Shown here: piece by piece, positions 38,601 to 43,189 of the stretch | Numbering within the stretch: the stretch's first letter is position 1 | Layout of the letters: each line of letters begins with the position of its first letter | Assembly: GCA_949292905.1 (NCBI GenBank) | Contig: CASFAV010000010.1 | Coordinates: 5,074 to 69,073, forward strand | Length of the DNA stretch: 64,000 nt | Direction of reading: 5' to 3' | From: an uncultured Eubacteriales bacterium | GTDB lineage: Bacteria > Bacillota > Clostridia > Christensenellales > DTU072 | Translations under genes and position numbers: made by a program | The notes under the pieces: generated by a model | Databases searched by the model: none | Seen by the model: the letters and a program-made list of their open reading frames with translations, nothing else | Told to the model about the DNA's origin: nothing

Positions 38601-39023
38601 AACGTACTCAACGGTGAGCGTGGTGGGCACGACGTTGTACGTGACCGTCTGCTTGAATCCGCCGAAATCGAGCACGACGTTGTCTACGGTACCTTCCTCG
38701 GAAGTGTCCAGACCTTCCACGACGAGTTCGGAGAGCGCGACTTTCTCCGAAGAACCGTCGCTGTACTTGACGGTCACGAATACTTGGGTAAGATCGGCAT
38801 TGACGCTTATCTGCCCTTCGTTGTCGAGGACTATGGCTTCGACGTCGGGACGACGGTAACCGCCGTTCGCTCTTTCCGCGCCCTCGTGCCCTTCCACCAT
38901 GCCCGGCAGGATCGCCGCCGCAAGAGCTAAGGAAACGACGGCTATAGCGAAAACGACTATCAGACTGATGCCGAAAATGCTTTTTCGCGTATAACGCTTA
39001 CCCGAAATTCTGTATTTTGCCAT
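26619..39023 (-). CDS. giant (4,134 aa) membrane-anchored cell-surface repeat protein: Listeria-Bacteroides / divergent InlB-B-repeat modules plus a C-terminal GLUG beta-helix region
   Basis: - It is an uninterrupted 12,405-nt ORF with an AAGGAG RBS.
- The N-terminus has a basic stretch and one TM helix (IFGISLIVVFAIAVVSLALAAAIL).
- Canonical repeats include EGYYFDGWSDG...KLIAVF, YGYTFVGWDTDY...IYPIF, GYEFKGWYDADNPYNPDG and YTFKGWYLADD.
- A long series of roughly 90-100-aa modules follows, of the type ...PEPGYELKALIVNGQEV...YAIFEEKEY.
- The last about 680 aa (26619..~28650) begin EPFLIATIDHLKNV.
- That region carries many GLUG-type motifs (GALVGE, GGIAGY, GGIVGQ, GAGGIAGT, IGGVIGS, GGIVGVN, IGGIAGYN). 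Confidence 0.9.
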   Translation of the reverse strand: MAKYRISGKRYTRKSIFGISLIVVFAIAVVSLALAAAILPGMVEGHEGAERANGGYRRPDVEAIVLDNEGQISVNADLTQVFVTVKYSDGSSEKVALSELVVEGLDTSEEGTVDNVVLDFGGFKQTVTYNVVPTTLTVEYVPSTGGRIDGETLQHVTAGADATRVEAIPNEGYYFDGWSDGYSSASRMDTKISKSTKLIAVFRKMNYTVVFYYPDGTTAREEIVPYGQSPTRVPRPDEHNMQLYGYTFVGWDTDYTSITKDTNIYPIFEKNATDLFVEFTTDREGVALGKIQDLMAYYPKGTEAVLRITANAGMDFVGWSVRDVSGNCIELEIKDDEITVELAEDNYVSFRTSQTGTSEEYVLAFTPPQDNDLRPNVNEIYLKANFVYEESEISFSSMSASVFEPLVLPYGTPIGEIFDVEDLTKLVATGYEFKGWYDADNPYNPDGSPALLTNDAVFTRPTELVAYWEKRIFLAVFLKGDNEDASFTDPATGYDEELGGRVLEVYYQDSLAGALSGTFPETLPVRENYTFKGWYLADDAMQPTDYVIDRNYKIDKEIAYFVPVFEVNTRKLIVNAEGSGNVYYLEYNEQYEEYEEKVVAGEVQMPVTEDFVIRIRPGTDYGVTGAELNGEDISNELIDAGAYYETVIPAVIASDYYLHVTFSLSQYEIAVVNGSSLAAGSITYNVAGASEALKQTSSDVNFAFRADDGVSVNLEISAPANYFISSVSVNGVQSAVPQGAVYYTLVIDRISADRVVTVVYNETTYSVTLPSSSSLEHGYIEAAASVTQYNGGESPVFYVGADEGYYIRALRANGSIVDPYFTSEDYMIDDVLVNGEAAIDGEYDSRVTSFTLTVDGIYRDIVFEVDIAPIYYYINTAAEGVGSVSASSVVDYGATVNVLAETVTEYYVAALTVNGEKMNYSDMNSSQVFTVNGVKKDYDVIFSFSRSTHIVSFLSGTGADDNGASILYNGVSYPYGMQGRTFADISTGTNAEFTVTAPEGYYVNAVSFTSVADGATVSEIIGYRATSHTFRIDDLSKDYEVSVTFVYIELGYTVYLLGTDSGASIKIDGFDVSAQPSYDGKMLTYNGELVFGSTLNVQFTLGGKTVSADGVRVVNREGTDYYYEAVTGAFTPSDSRGQYSLVASDTLSISDIDTEIDIFVRLDSTVGAQPSVSVSHVGEGSLTATATGPVAEGTQVTFTATPEPGYELKALIVNGQEVEVVGGTYTVTVNSDVSAYAIFEEKEYLIAVNGVTHGIVNTTVTSVAANTSFDIRFIPSTGYALTSFTLVIGNATYHPDLGVSAAGGVFDYTVPESYVNGDVTVDAVFTPIKYNVHVDYSGNGTVGGAYAGETISVEYGTAFSLDLNAFDGYYIGSVSINGLGLAASSLFGAVIDPETNNFVSGILSTEITGDTDIAIVFTPNAYTVTVAESAGGVTYVKKVSVDGTSTAYVDARTVTFGAGDTLWLKMNAESGYHLSELRINGTVNNDWFDPSVNVNDFSEVYFEAAVIEGNVTLRVTYAVNEYSVAVNATNKSLNFASYDVAPTTFGTVTISGYTADADNVYRGINHGANVRITIAPRTARGYYISLFEVVYGDGANTTVNLTSSINPDGGSYILQSLSSDIIALNVEFKRRTYTYEHRLTTESLGSPYLCASGVTVTFANPYSASDTVVTEDGKYEYGLSFTVNVNPGTGYSRTVFNVNGEDRSSAVRANNYSAIISSDLLIEVQYSILVYSVEYNANAGGTYYIMNELGDLVWRKSVTVIDIGAAPPASGDFVYSEQSTPSGKIWIDKSTGAITATYNTRFVFAAIPSYGDAGYGIDKFVINNSPYNVADGSVENSFQYTLTSDAVADLTFKVYTYDINIVAFEGGKATASPETVVWGNSTSISLVGNALDAGYVLSGVEFVTNGVSEVSQEALSLLSAGRAYTLYNVRADVSVILTVERRGYDVTFSGDYSRTYDITDGNGKKFTLNAVAGAVINENVYGQIKREFYSDSGGIDLRSGTLIGRPDPDGEYIGLRFNDKLSIRLMPPEGYEVVSVSITMDGRSGALVSDPSGLTADDGTGMRSYTIDNVTGNVYVYVAYAIKQYKVTYETRSGGSYTDYTATTLSYYDALSVTVLSDTGYYLSSVTVNGQTVGTTNSKQGASYRYTTDAADGTKLLVNAALVNNRTSITVTPEYGRQYFNVVFYVNNVAAVQNGGVWYSSDGTLGLALENNSVIYDADNAAVITHTLSAGYSISGVWLCNAVGVNGEGKDNISLPAGTGYNTYSAKGDSIRIMLTEEILRYMDFEDANKSTLRIYYSVTQDEYDSSVANYLVTADDGSNKGSEVIGNAYESEFYIGVSFGDNKPAGSTHVYGTSARFTANITAYGANKYNFEGFQEYIDGQWVYVRDGVNGITLMSDGYVMEYVIQSSRVFRAVFFRLYRVAVEIHPEFKYYSGSFISYNPAEMLYRLYSDMTAEAVYAESAANGVPLPDLTSNREILTDSDTDANDAMYVYYVRSGATLYLRGADRYISNNATQSFSYKNVVTEGGTQTTVNATYGTDGEVIEGDKTVYSYANNSLYVSLAMETIGSSSSGAGGTMSYVVNNATVTSLRDNSLVTSAGSTVQITMTPNSGYRFESVGYLYSLDVPDANGYRQFTDRYEQFDTSSGNVTLTYYDENGNVVYASDLPSFEGRFSKVVLTVKEITENIILKVSFRKLITLTGSISFVTDESTIEPEYSIEFSSIDGSSPDGIYDYNDTVAFYISESLTAQGEWSRYYQFVGYFINGVNSYTQLGQYYPGTTTGAFVLNDLDGLSDGVNIVERRTGSGTSAVTEFVVDVVARFVPVYNVVVENVYEYENEYLDTGTVVATAASYNSSMPQYYASAYNVAALTSADGHTDKAFSMLGKLNSIATSGVSGANSPYNTWTDNRISLYWETSSPTYRFLSWQYYAFDGTSYSWKNIPYVDPSDSTNVVTRSSFNFPISCLFDTSYAAYVRFDGTVDQGFYYNASNYDTAGNYVSSTSIPAIIIRPVYQKVETLELVKSTAIEDESLFIDGEGMVEPKIESTSLSYGSFNYGTVQTLLPSVISGYEFAGWYIVDNGGAGGRQALDLTSSDSGLPDEVVDNITYVGDYIQNSDGTDTSETIYYNYNASTGTLMLRMLGSYVIYARYIRIYTVTLEIASLSGSAAGLTVALPYLKYYVEDATAEGGWRLVTGDAYTDQRTITLTDARVGSRIKIMLETGYTGNPDDLNNFNPRFDRYSSVIVYDDNNNDIFMTGGDYELSKDGLPPATLDHTDPDGYNAAMEAMYVIVRANRNKRVSINFSAYGELELHNVYWGSAIKLPETLATAIGDNNSENGVGGKYISDGGEFDGDGTVNGVIAIKNIPILPGANYDGVKSGDYGNRLLAGYGPIASDYTSFGINFNGSSDGFSKLQKIVYYGSKTLTQYVWEAENIEFVAQEVTLESLQQYPFAEGDNESAGKGSASEPFLIATIDHLKNVDALHRGCNAELGEVYFRVIANIELNEPGNALLAPLCAPYTDANGVERTGGFNGHFDGGGHTLNNLNLYMSSATNVGLFAATSSGAVIENVVLAGVNVTGGVNVGALVGEAVNTVIRNVDVIDNSIGNSITGNNNVGGIAGYIRADRNNSTELVDVTVTGITLTAASGAVNDEVSGFTGGAGGIVGQIGLYAYVTSSQSVSESNPEAGTYAKEVTVISSTGAGGIAGTIAGDSSADGTSEQRAVSYAVAIDPVLNSFINGIAIGGVIGSIGQRRVVSYSYLVLTKNATIYSASATASGTANFKEPTETNIYLLGAGGIAGHNSGIVRNAGVAGTTGDYTVTYIGSIVGGIVGVNFGTIESVSSSVRMYSSRAAGSSVYAGGSYGGIVGVNWSGTVSNVSFSAGSVGNNYDAGSAALEVITNNGNYYTPTSGQNAPMHEPGVFADGTTVYIGGIAGYNRATINTATFVGKLMFNRRSSDATSNMSYIAAGVGYNAAGGSLGNISANEWGIKFFHYVYVVQSGSDKQEMQYLNMGGVYGDNEGSAESNFVSAPNFATAEYCGGGSGEYTPGKVEAGFTWYFYATGYLFGKATVTYVGITGSVSSVVPHDIDGTNIEDLAGDNAVYSPDCEKTGGTVELLWKYTWNYTGNLRYIEITTANK

Positions 39024-39079
39024 TGAAAGTAAACTCCTTGTCGCGCGTGAGTTTACCGAGCGTGTGCGTCGGTGCTTAA

Positions 39080-39109
39080 ATTATATATAATAAATAATAA
39101 CCGGCGCAA
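39080..39109 (-). promoter_or_regulatory. candidate sigma-70-type promoter of the giant ORF
   Basis: The minus strand reads TTGCGC-18 nt-TATAAT in the AT-rich spacer, about 55 nt upstream of the ATG at 39023. Confidence 0.4.
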
Positions 39110-39253
39110 GAGATTCCCGTTAATTTTGCTATACTTTTACCGTGCGGGCGCATACGTCCGTCCGTTGCGCGACATAGACGGCGGGCGCGCCCCGCGCGCC
39201 CGCCTCCGGAACGGTAGTCCGTTGCCTTTGCAAAAGCGCTCGCGACACCGAAC

Positions 39254-41242
39254 TTATTTTTTTCGTTTCCACCCCGTCTTGACGGTTTGCCTGGATCTGG
39301 CTATGCAGAGCGCTTCCGGGGGCACGTTTTCCGTGACCGTGCTCCCTCCCGCGATATAAGCTCCGTCTCCAACCTCCACGGGAGCTATCAGGTTGGCGTT
39401 GCAGCCGATGAAAACCTCTTTGCCCACTCGCGTGGTCTGCTTGACGGAACCGTTATAATTGGCGAAAACGGTGCCGCAACCGACGTTGGTCCTTTCTCCC
39501 ACTTCCGCGTCGCCTATATAAGCGAGATGAGCCGCTTTGACTCCGTCGGCAAGCACGGAGTTTTTCACTTCCACGAAGTCGCCTACCCTGCAACCGTCCC
39601 CTATGACCGCGCCTTTACGCAGACAGGCGAACGGTCCAACGGTAGTACGCGCGCCTATCCTCGCGCCTATGGCGTAAACGGAACGCAGATCGGAATTGTC
39701 CCCCACCACGGTATCGGTAATGTCGGTAAAAGAATATATCTTTACGTTCTCGCCTATCACGCACCTTCCCTGAAGAACGCACATCGGATAAATCACCGTG
39801 CCCGCGCCTATTACGCATTCTTCGTCGATATACGTCGTCGCGGGATCCGTCACGCGCACGCCGCGCGCCGTGAGCGCGGCGAGAATACTTTTGCGTTTTT
39901 CGTCGTTAAGGTAACCCAAACAATTATATTCGGTTGATTTATTTTCACTTTTTGCGTTGACGTAAGCGTCCACGAAATCACGCACCTTATCCAGTATTTC
40001 ACGCGCTTTCTCGTACCGCTCCGCTTCCGCCATAAGCCTTATTTTAGGCTCGGTGCCGCTCGCTCTCGCTATTATCCTCCCGGGAAACTCCGCGCGCGTT
40101 TTTTCGATGAAACTCTTTACTTGCTCGTCGTCGAAACGCCCGATACCCTCCGCGTCCGTGTCGATATTGCAGGAAGCCGACGGATATTCGACGCGGTCGT
40201 CGAGGTTCTCGAGTCCCCTCTCGCGCTCGACTACGCACATAATGAGCGAGGTGAGCAAGCCGTCGCCGGTATTCTGATACGCTCTGAAAATAAGATGACC
40301 GCTCGCTTCTCCGCCTATCAGAGCGCCTTCTTCGATCATCGCTTCGCTGACGTATTTGTCGCCCACGGGAGTGCGCCTGAACGATATCCCGTTACGCCTG
40401 AACGACAGCTCGGTGCCCATATTGGTCATCACGGTACCCACCGCCGCAGGCGGTGAAAGCACCCCCTTTTCCGCAAAATACCGCGCCGCCACGTACAGCA
40501 TGGCGTCGCCGTCGTAAAGCTTGCCGTTTTTCACGCACATCACTCTGTCGCCGTCGCCGTCGAAGGTGAACCCTATGTCGTACTCGCCGTTTTTCATCGC
40601 CTCGAGCAGCTTTTCCGGATGAGTCGCGCCGCAATCCACGTTGATGCGTTCGCCGTCGGTCTCTGCGTTTATAACGACGGGTATCGCACCGAGTCGGGAA
40701 TACAGCTTCTCCGCTATCGCCGACACAGCGCCGTTGGCGGCGTCCAGCAACACTCTCATCCCTTTAACGGAAGGCGCCACCCGCGCGGCGAAATGGGCGC
40801 AGTATTCGTCGCTTCCGTCCACGCTCAGCGTTTCGCCGCGCTCTTTTTCGGGAGGAGCGGCAGCGTCGATGGCGGCTTCCAGCTCCCTTTCCTCGTCCGT
40901 GGTTATTTTCGCGCCGTCGCGCGAGAAGAATTTTATACCGTTGTATTCGGGCGGATTGTGGGAAGCCGAAATCATCGCCCCGAGCCCCGCGCCGTAGGAA
41001 CGCGTGAGATATGCCAGCACCGGCGTGGGGATCATGCCCGCGTCTATCACTCTCAGACCGCACGCGCTCCACGCGGCGGCGAGCGTATTCGCGATTCTCT
41101 CCCCGCTTCTTCTCGTATCCCTGCCGATCACAACGGAGATCCTGCCGTATCTTGCCACGACAGCCCAGGCGATTTTCTCAAGGAAATCGACCGTGAAAAT
41201 TTTTTCGTTCCCTCTTATCCCGTCTGTACCGAAATATTTCAT
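39254..41242 (-). CDS. glmM: fusion protein: phosphoglucosamine mutase (GlmM) plus GlmU-type GlcN-1-P N-acetyltransferase (LbH) domain
   Basis: 662 aa.
- Residues 1 to about 445 are GlmM-like: MKYFGTDGIRG, the catalytic SASHNPPEYNGIKFF, GFTFDGDGDR, GGEASGH and RASGTEPKIRLMAE.
- Residues about 455-662 align in my reading with the C-terminal half of GlmU. Matching stretches are GPFACLRKGAVIGDGCRVGDFVEVKNS, AAHLAYIGDAEVG, NVGCGTVFANYNG, FIGCNANLIAPV and SRQTVKTGWKRKK.
- No nucleotidyltransferase domain is present. Confidence 0.85.
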   Translation of the reverse strand: MKYFGTDGIRGNEKIFTVDFLEKIAWAVVARYGRISVVIGRDTRRSGERIANTLAAAWSACGLRVIDAGMIPTPVLAYLTRSYGAGLGAMISASHNPPEYNGIKFFSRDGAKITTDEERELEAAIDAAAPPEKERGETLSVDGSDEYCAHFAARVAPSVKGMRVLLDAANGAVSAIAEKLYSRLGAIPVVINAETDGERINVDCGATHPEKLLEAMKNGEYDIGFTFDGDGDRVMCVKNGKLYDGDAMLYVAARYFAEKGVLSPPAAVGTVMTNMGTELSFRRNGISFRRTPVGDKYVSEAMIEEGALIGGEASGHLIFRAYQNTGDGLLTSLIMCVVERERGLENLDDRVEYPSASCNIDTDAEGIGRFDDEQVKSFIEKTRAEFPGRIIARASGTEPKIRLMAEAERYEKAREILDKVRDFVDAYVNAKSENKSTEYNCLGYLNDEKRKSILAALTARGVRVTDPATTYIDEECVIGAGTVIYPMCVLQGRCVIGENVKIYSFTDITDTVVGDNSDLRSVYAIGARIGARTTVGPFACLRKGAVIGDGCRVGDFVEVKNSVLADGVKAAHLAYIGDAEVGERTNVGCGTVFANYNGSVKQTTRVGKEVFIGCNANLIAPVEVGDGAYIAGGSTVTENVPPEALCIARSRQTVKTGWKRKK

Positions 41243-41291
41243 AAATCCTCCGAACGGGACATTTTATTCAGAAAACGTTCGGCGCGTTACC

Positions 41292-41321
41292 GAAAAAAAC
41301 GGACGGCGCCGAGCCGTCCGT
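41292..41321 (-). terminator. rho-independent terminator after mtnN
   Basis: The minus strand reads acggacggc-tcggc-gccgtccgt followed by ttttttt. Confidence 0.8.
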
Positions 41322-41353
41322 AAGAGACATAAATATTAAAATACGGCGTTTTA

Positions 41354-42016
41354 TTATCTGCCGCGCGTCGCGGCGACGGCTTCGAGCGCGGCGCGCGCGT
41401 TGATACGGCAGGCTTTCTCCGCAAATTCCTCGTAACCTGTTTCGGCGCCGTCTTCCGCGCCGTCGCTAACGACTTTCAGGGCGGCGAAAGGCACTCCCGC
41501 CGCGGCGCAAGCCTGAGCCACGGCGGCACATTCCATATCGCAGAGCGACGCGCCGAAAGTTTCCGCTATATTACGCGCCTTTCCCGCGTCCGCGATAAAA
41601 GAGTCGCCCGTCGCTATCACGGCCGTTCTCGCCCCGTTTACGGCTTTCATCAGGGTAGCAGTGAGTGCGGCGTCGCTTCTGCCGCAATACTTCCCAGCGG
41701 CTTCGCCGAAAGCCGTGAGATCGAAGTCGTGTTGCCACGCTTCGCTGACGACGGCGACGTCTCCCTGCGACAGAACGCCCAATCCGCCCGCTATCCCGGT
41801 ATTTATGACGGCTTCGGGAGAGTATCGCATCAAGGTAACGGCGGTCGTATACGCCGCCGCGACTTTACCTATACCGGCTTCCGCTACCACGACGTCCGTT
41901 CCGCGATAACTTCCGATAAAGAATTTTATGCCCGAATACTCTTCGCACACGCAGCCTTCAAGCTCGGAAGTTATGTATTTCCTCTCTTTCTCCATCGCGA
42001 CGATGACCGCTATCAT
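41354..42016 (-). CDS. mtnN: 5'-methylthioadenosine/S-adenosylhomocysteine nucleosidase
   Basis: 220 aa. It carries IAVIVAMEKE, GIGKVAAAYTTAVTL, INTGIAGGL and DMECAAVAQAC, typical of Pfs/MtnN. Confidence 0.85.
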   Translation of the reverse strand: MIAVIVAMEKERKYITSELEGCVCEEYSGIKFFIGSYRGTDVVVAEAGIGKVAAAYTTAVTLMRYSPEAVINTGIAGGLGVLSQGDVAVVSEAWQHDFDLTAFGEAAGKYCGRSDAALTATLMKAVNGARTAVIATGDSFIADAGKARNIAETFGASLCDMECAAVAQACAAAGVPFAALKVVSDGAEDGAETGYEEFAEKACRINARAALEAVAATRGR

Positions 42017-42020
42017 ACGC

Positions 42021-43070
42021 TTACTCCGCTTGCGCTACGTCGTCCGCCGTGTAGGTGATCAGGGTGAGGAAGTGATCGCCGAGCCCCGCGTTGCCGTACC
42101 GCTCGCTGCCGGCAGTCACTTCGTCGCCGTTCTGTACGGATGCGGTGCCTATCCTGCCGAGATTGTTGATGACCGAAGCGAAAGCTTTCAGGATTTCGGC
42201 GTTTATGTCGTTTTTGTCGCTTACGTCTATCGCGTCGGCGTTATCGCCCGCCGCGTCCGCCGCGCTGTCGGCAAGGACTGCGAATATCGCGTCTGCGACG
42301 GCATTCTCTACGTCGTTGACGCGGATATCCTGCGGAACGGTAACAAGCCTGCCCTCTCCGTCCGCGGAGATCGTAGCGTAACTCACTATGTATATCCTGT
42401 CGGGGATCTTGATCAATGACTGCGGGATTTTCGCATCCGCCAAAGCGTTTTTGAGTTCATCCTGCAAGGTCTCGAGCGAAATGCTCGCCACTATACGCAG
42501 AGTATACCCGTTGCCGCTTGCGCTTATCGTCACTTCGTTGACGTTAGCGTTTATGTCGCGAAGGAACTTGACGCCCGTGGAATCGGGATCGCCTTCCGCT
42601 TCGACACCATTTTCGGCGGAAGATATCATCGAGTCGAACATATACGCCAGGGTGGTGTCGAGATAACGTTTAAGATATACTTTGTCGTAAACGACTTTTC
42701 CGCTCACGGCAGAAGAAAAATCGTAACTTCCGTCCTCTTTGAGGATACTGCTGTTGGCGGCGTTGCTCTGCGCGGCGGGTTTATCGGTCGATTCGTCGAA
42801 ACGGTTGGTGATTATCTTGTCTTCGTCGGGATTCATTATTTCCTTGAAAAGCTTGACCGCTTCTTTGAGTTTGACGTCGGCAAGTCCGTAATCGCGCAAA
42901 GTCTTGCCGCCCAGGAAGTCGAACGCTATATCCGCTATGCCGAGCCGATCGGGCGTCATATTAAGAACGACAGCCACGGATACGCCGATAAGCACCACGA
43001 CGAGCAGTACTATGATCAATATCGTCAAACAACAACCTTTAAGGCATTTCGGGGTTGCAGGCTGAGCCAT
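42021..43070 (-). CDS. hypothetical N-terminally membrane-anchored extracytoplasmic protein
   Basis: About 349 aa from M6, which has a GGAGGAA RBS; the track ORF starts at 43085. It has one TM helix (CCLTILIIVLLVVVLIGVSVAVVL). I recognise no family. It ends 4 nt before mtnN. Confidence 0.6.
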   Translation of the reverse strand: MAQPATPKCLKGCCLTILIIVLLVVVLIGVSVAVVLNMTPDRLGIADIAFDFLGGKTLRDYGLADVKLKEAVKLFKEIMNPDEDKIITNRFDESTDKPAAQSNAANSSILKEDGSYDFSSAVSGKVVYDKVYLKRYLDTTLAYMFDSMISSAENGVEAEGDPDSTGVKFLRDINANVNEVTISASGNGYTLRIVASISLETLQDELKNALADAKIPQSLIKIPDRIYIVSYATISADGEGRLVTVPQDIRVNDVENAVADAIFAVLADSAADAAGDNADAIDVSDKNDINAEILKAFASVINNLGRIGTASVQNGDEVTAGSERYGNAGLGDHFLTLITYTADDVAQAE

Positions 43071-43116
43071 AATCCATTCCTCCATAAACGATTATTTTGC
43101 ACACGCTCAATGTCCG

Positions 43117-43149
43117 TATAAAATATTATCGCGCCTTATGCGCGATAAT
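43117..43149 (-). terminator. probable terminator after the second Ig-like/beta-helix gene
   Basis: The minus strand reads attatcgcgc-ataag-gcgcgataat followed by atttta. Confidence 0.5.
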
Positions 43150-43189
43150 GTCAATAGTTTGAAGAATAAAACTTTTTATTTAAGGCGGT

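Noticed and set aside
39179-39203. A GC-rich hairpin (ggcgggcgcg-ccccg-cgcgcccgcc) considered as the terminator of the glmM fusion gene.
   Set aside because: No U-tract follows on the minus strand, so it cannot be called a rho-independent terminator from sequence alone. It may still be structural or regulatory.
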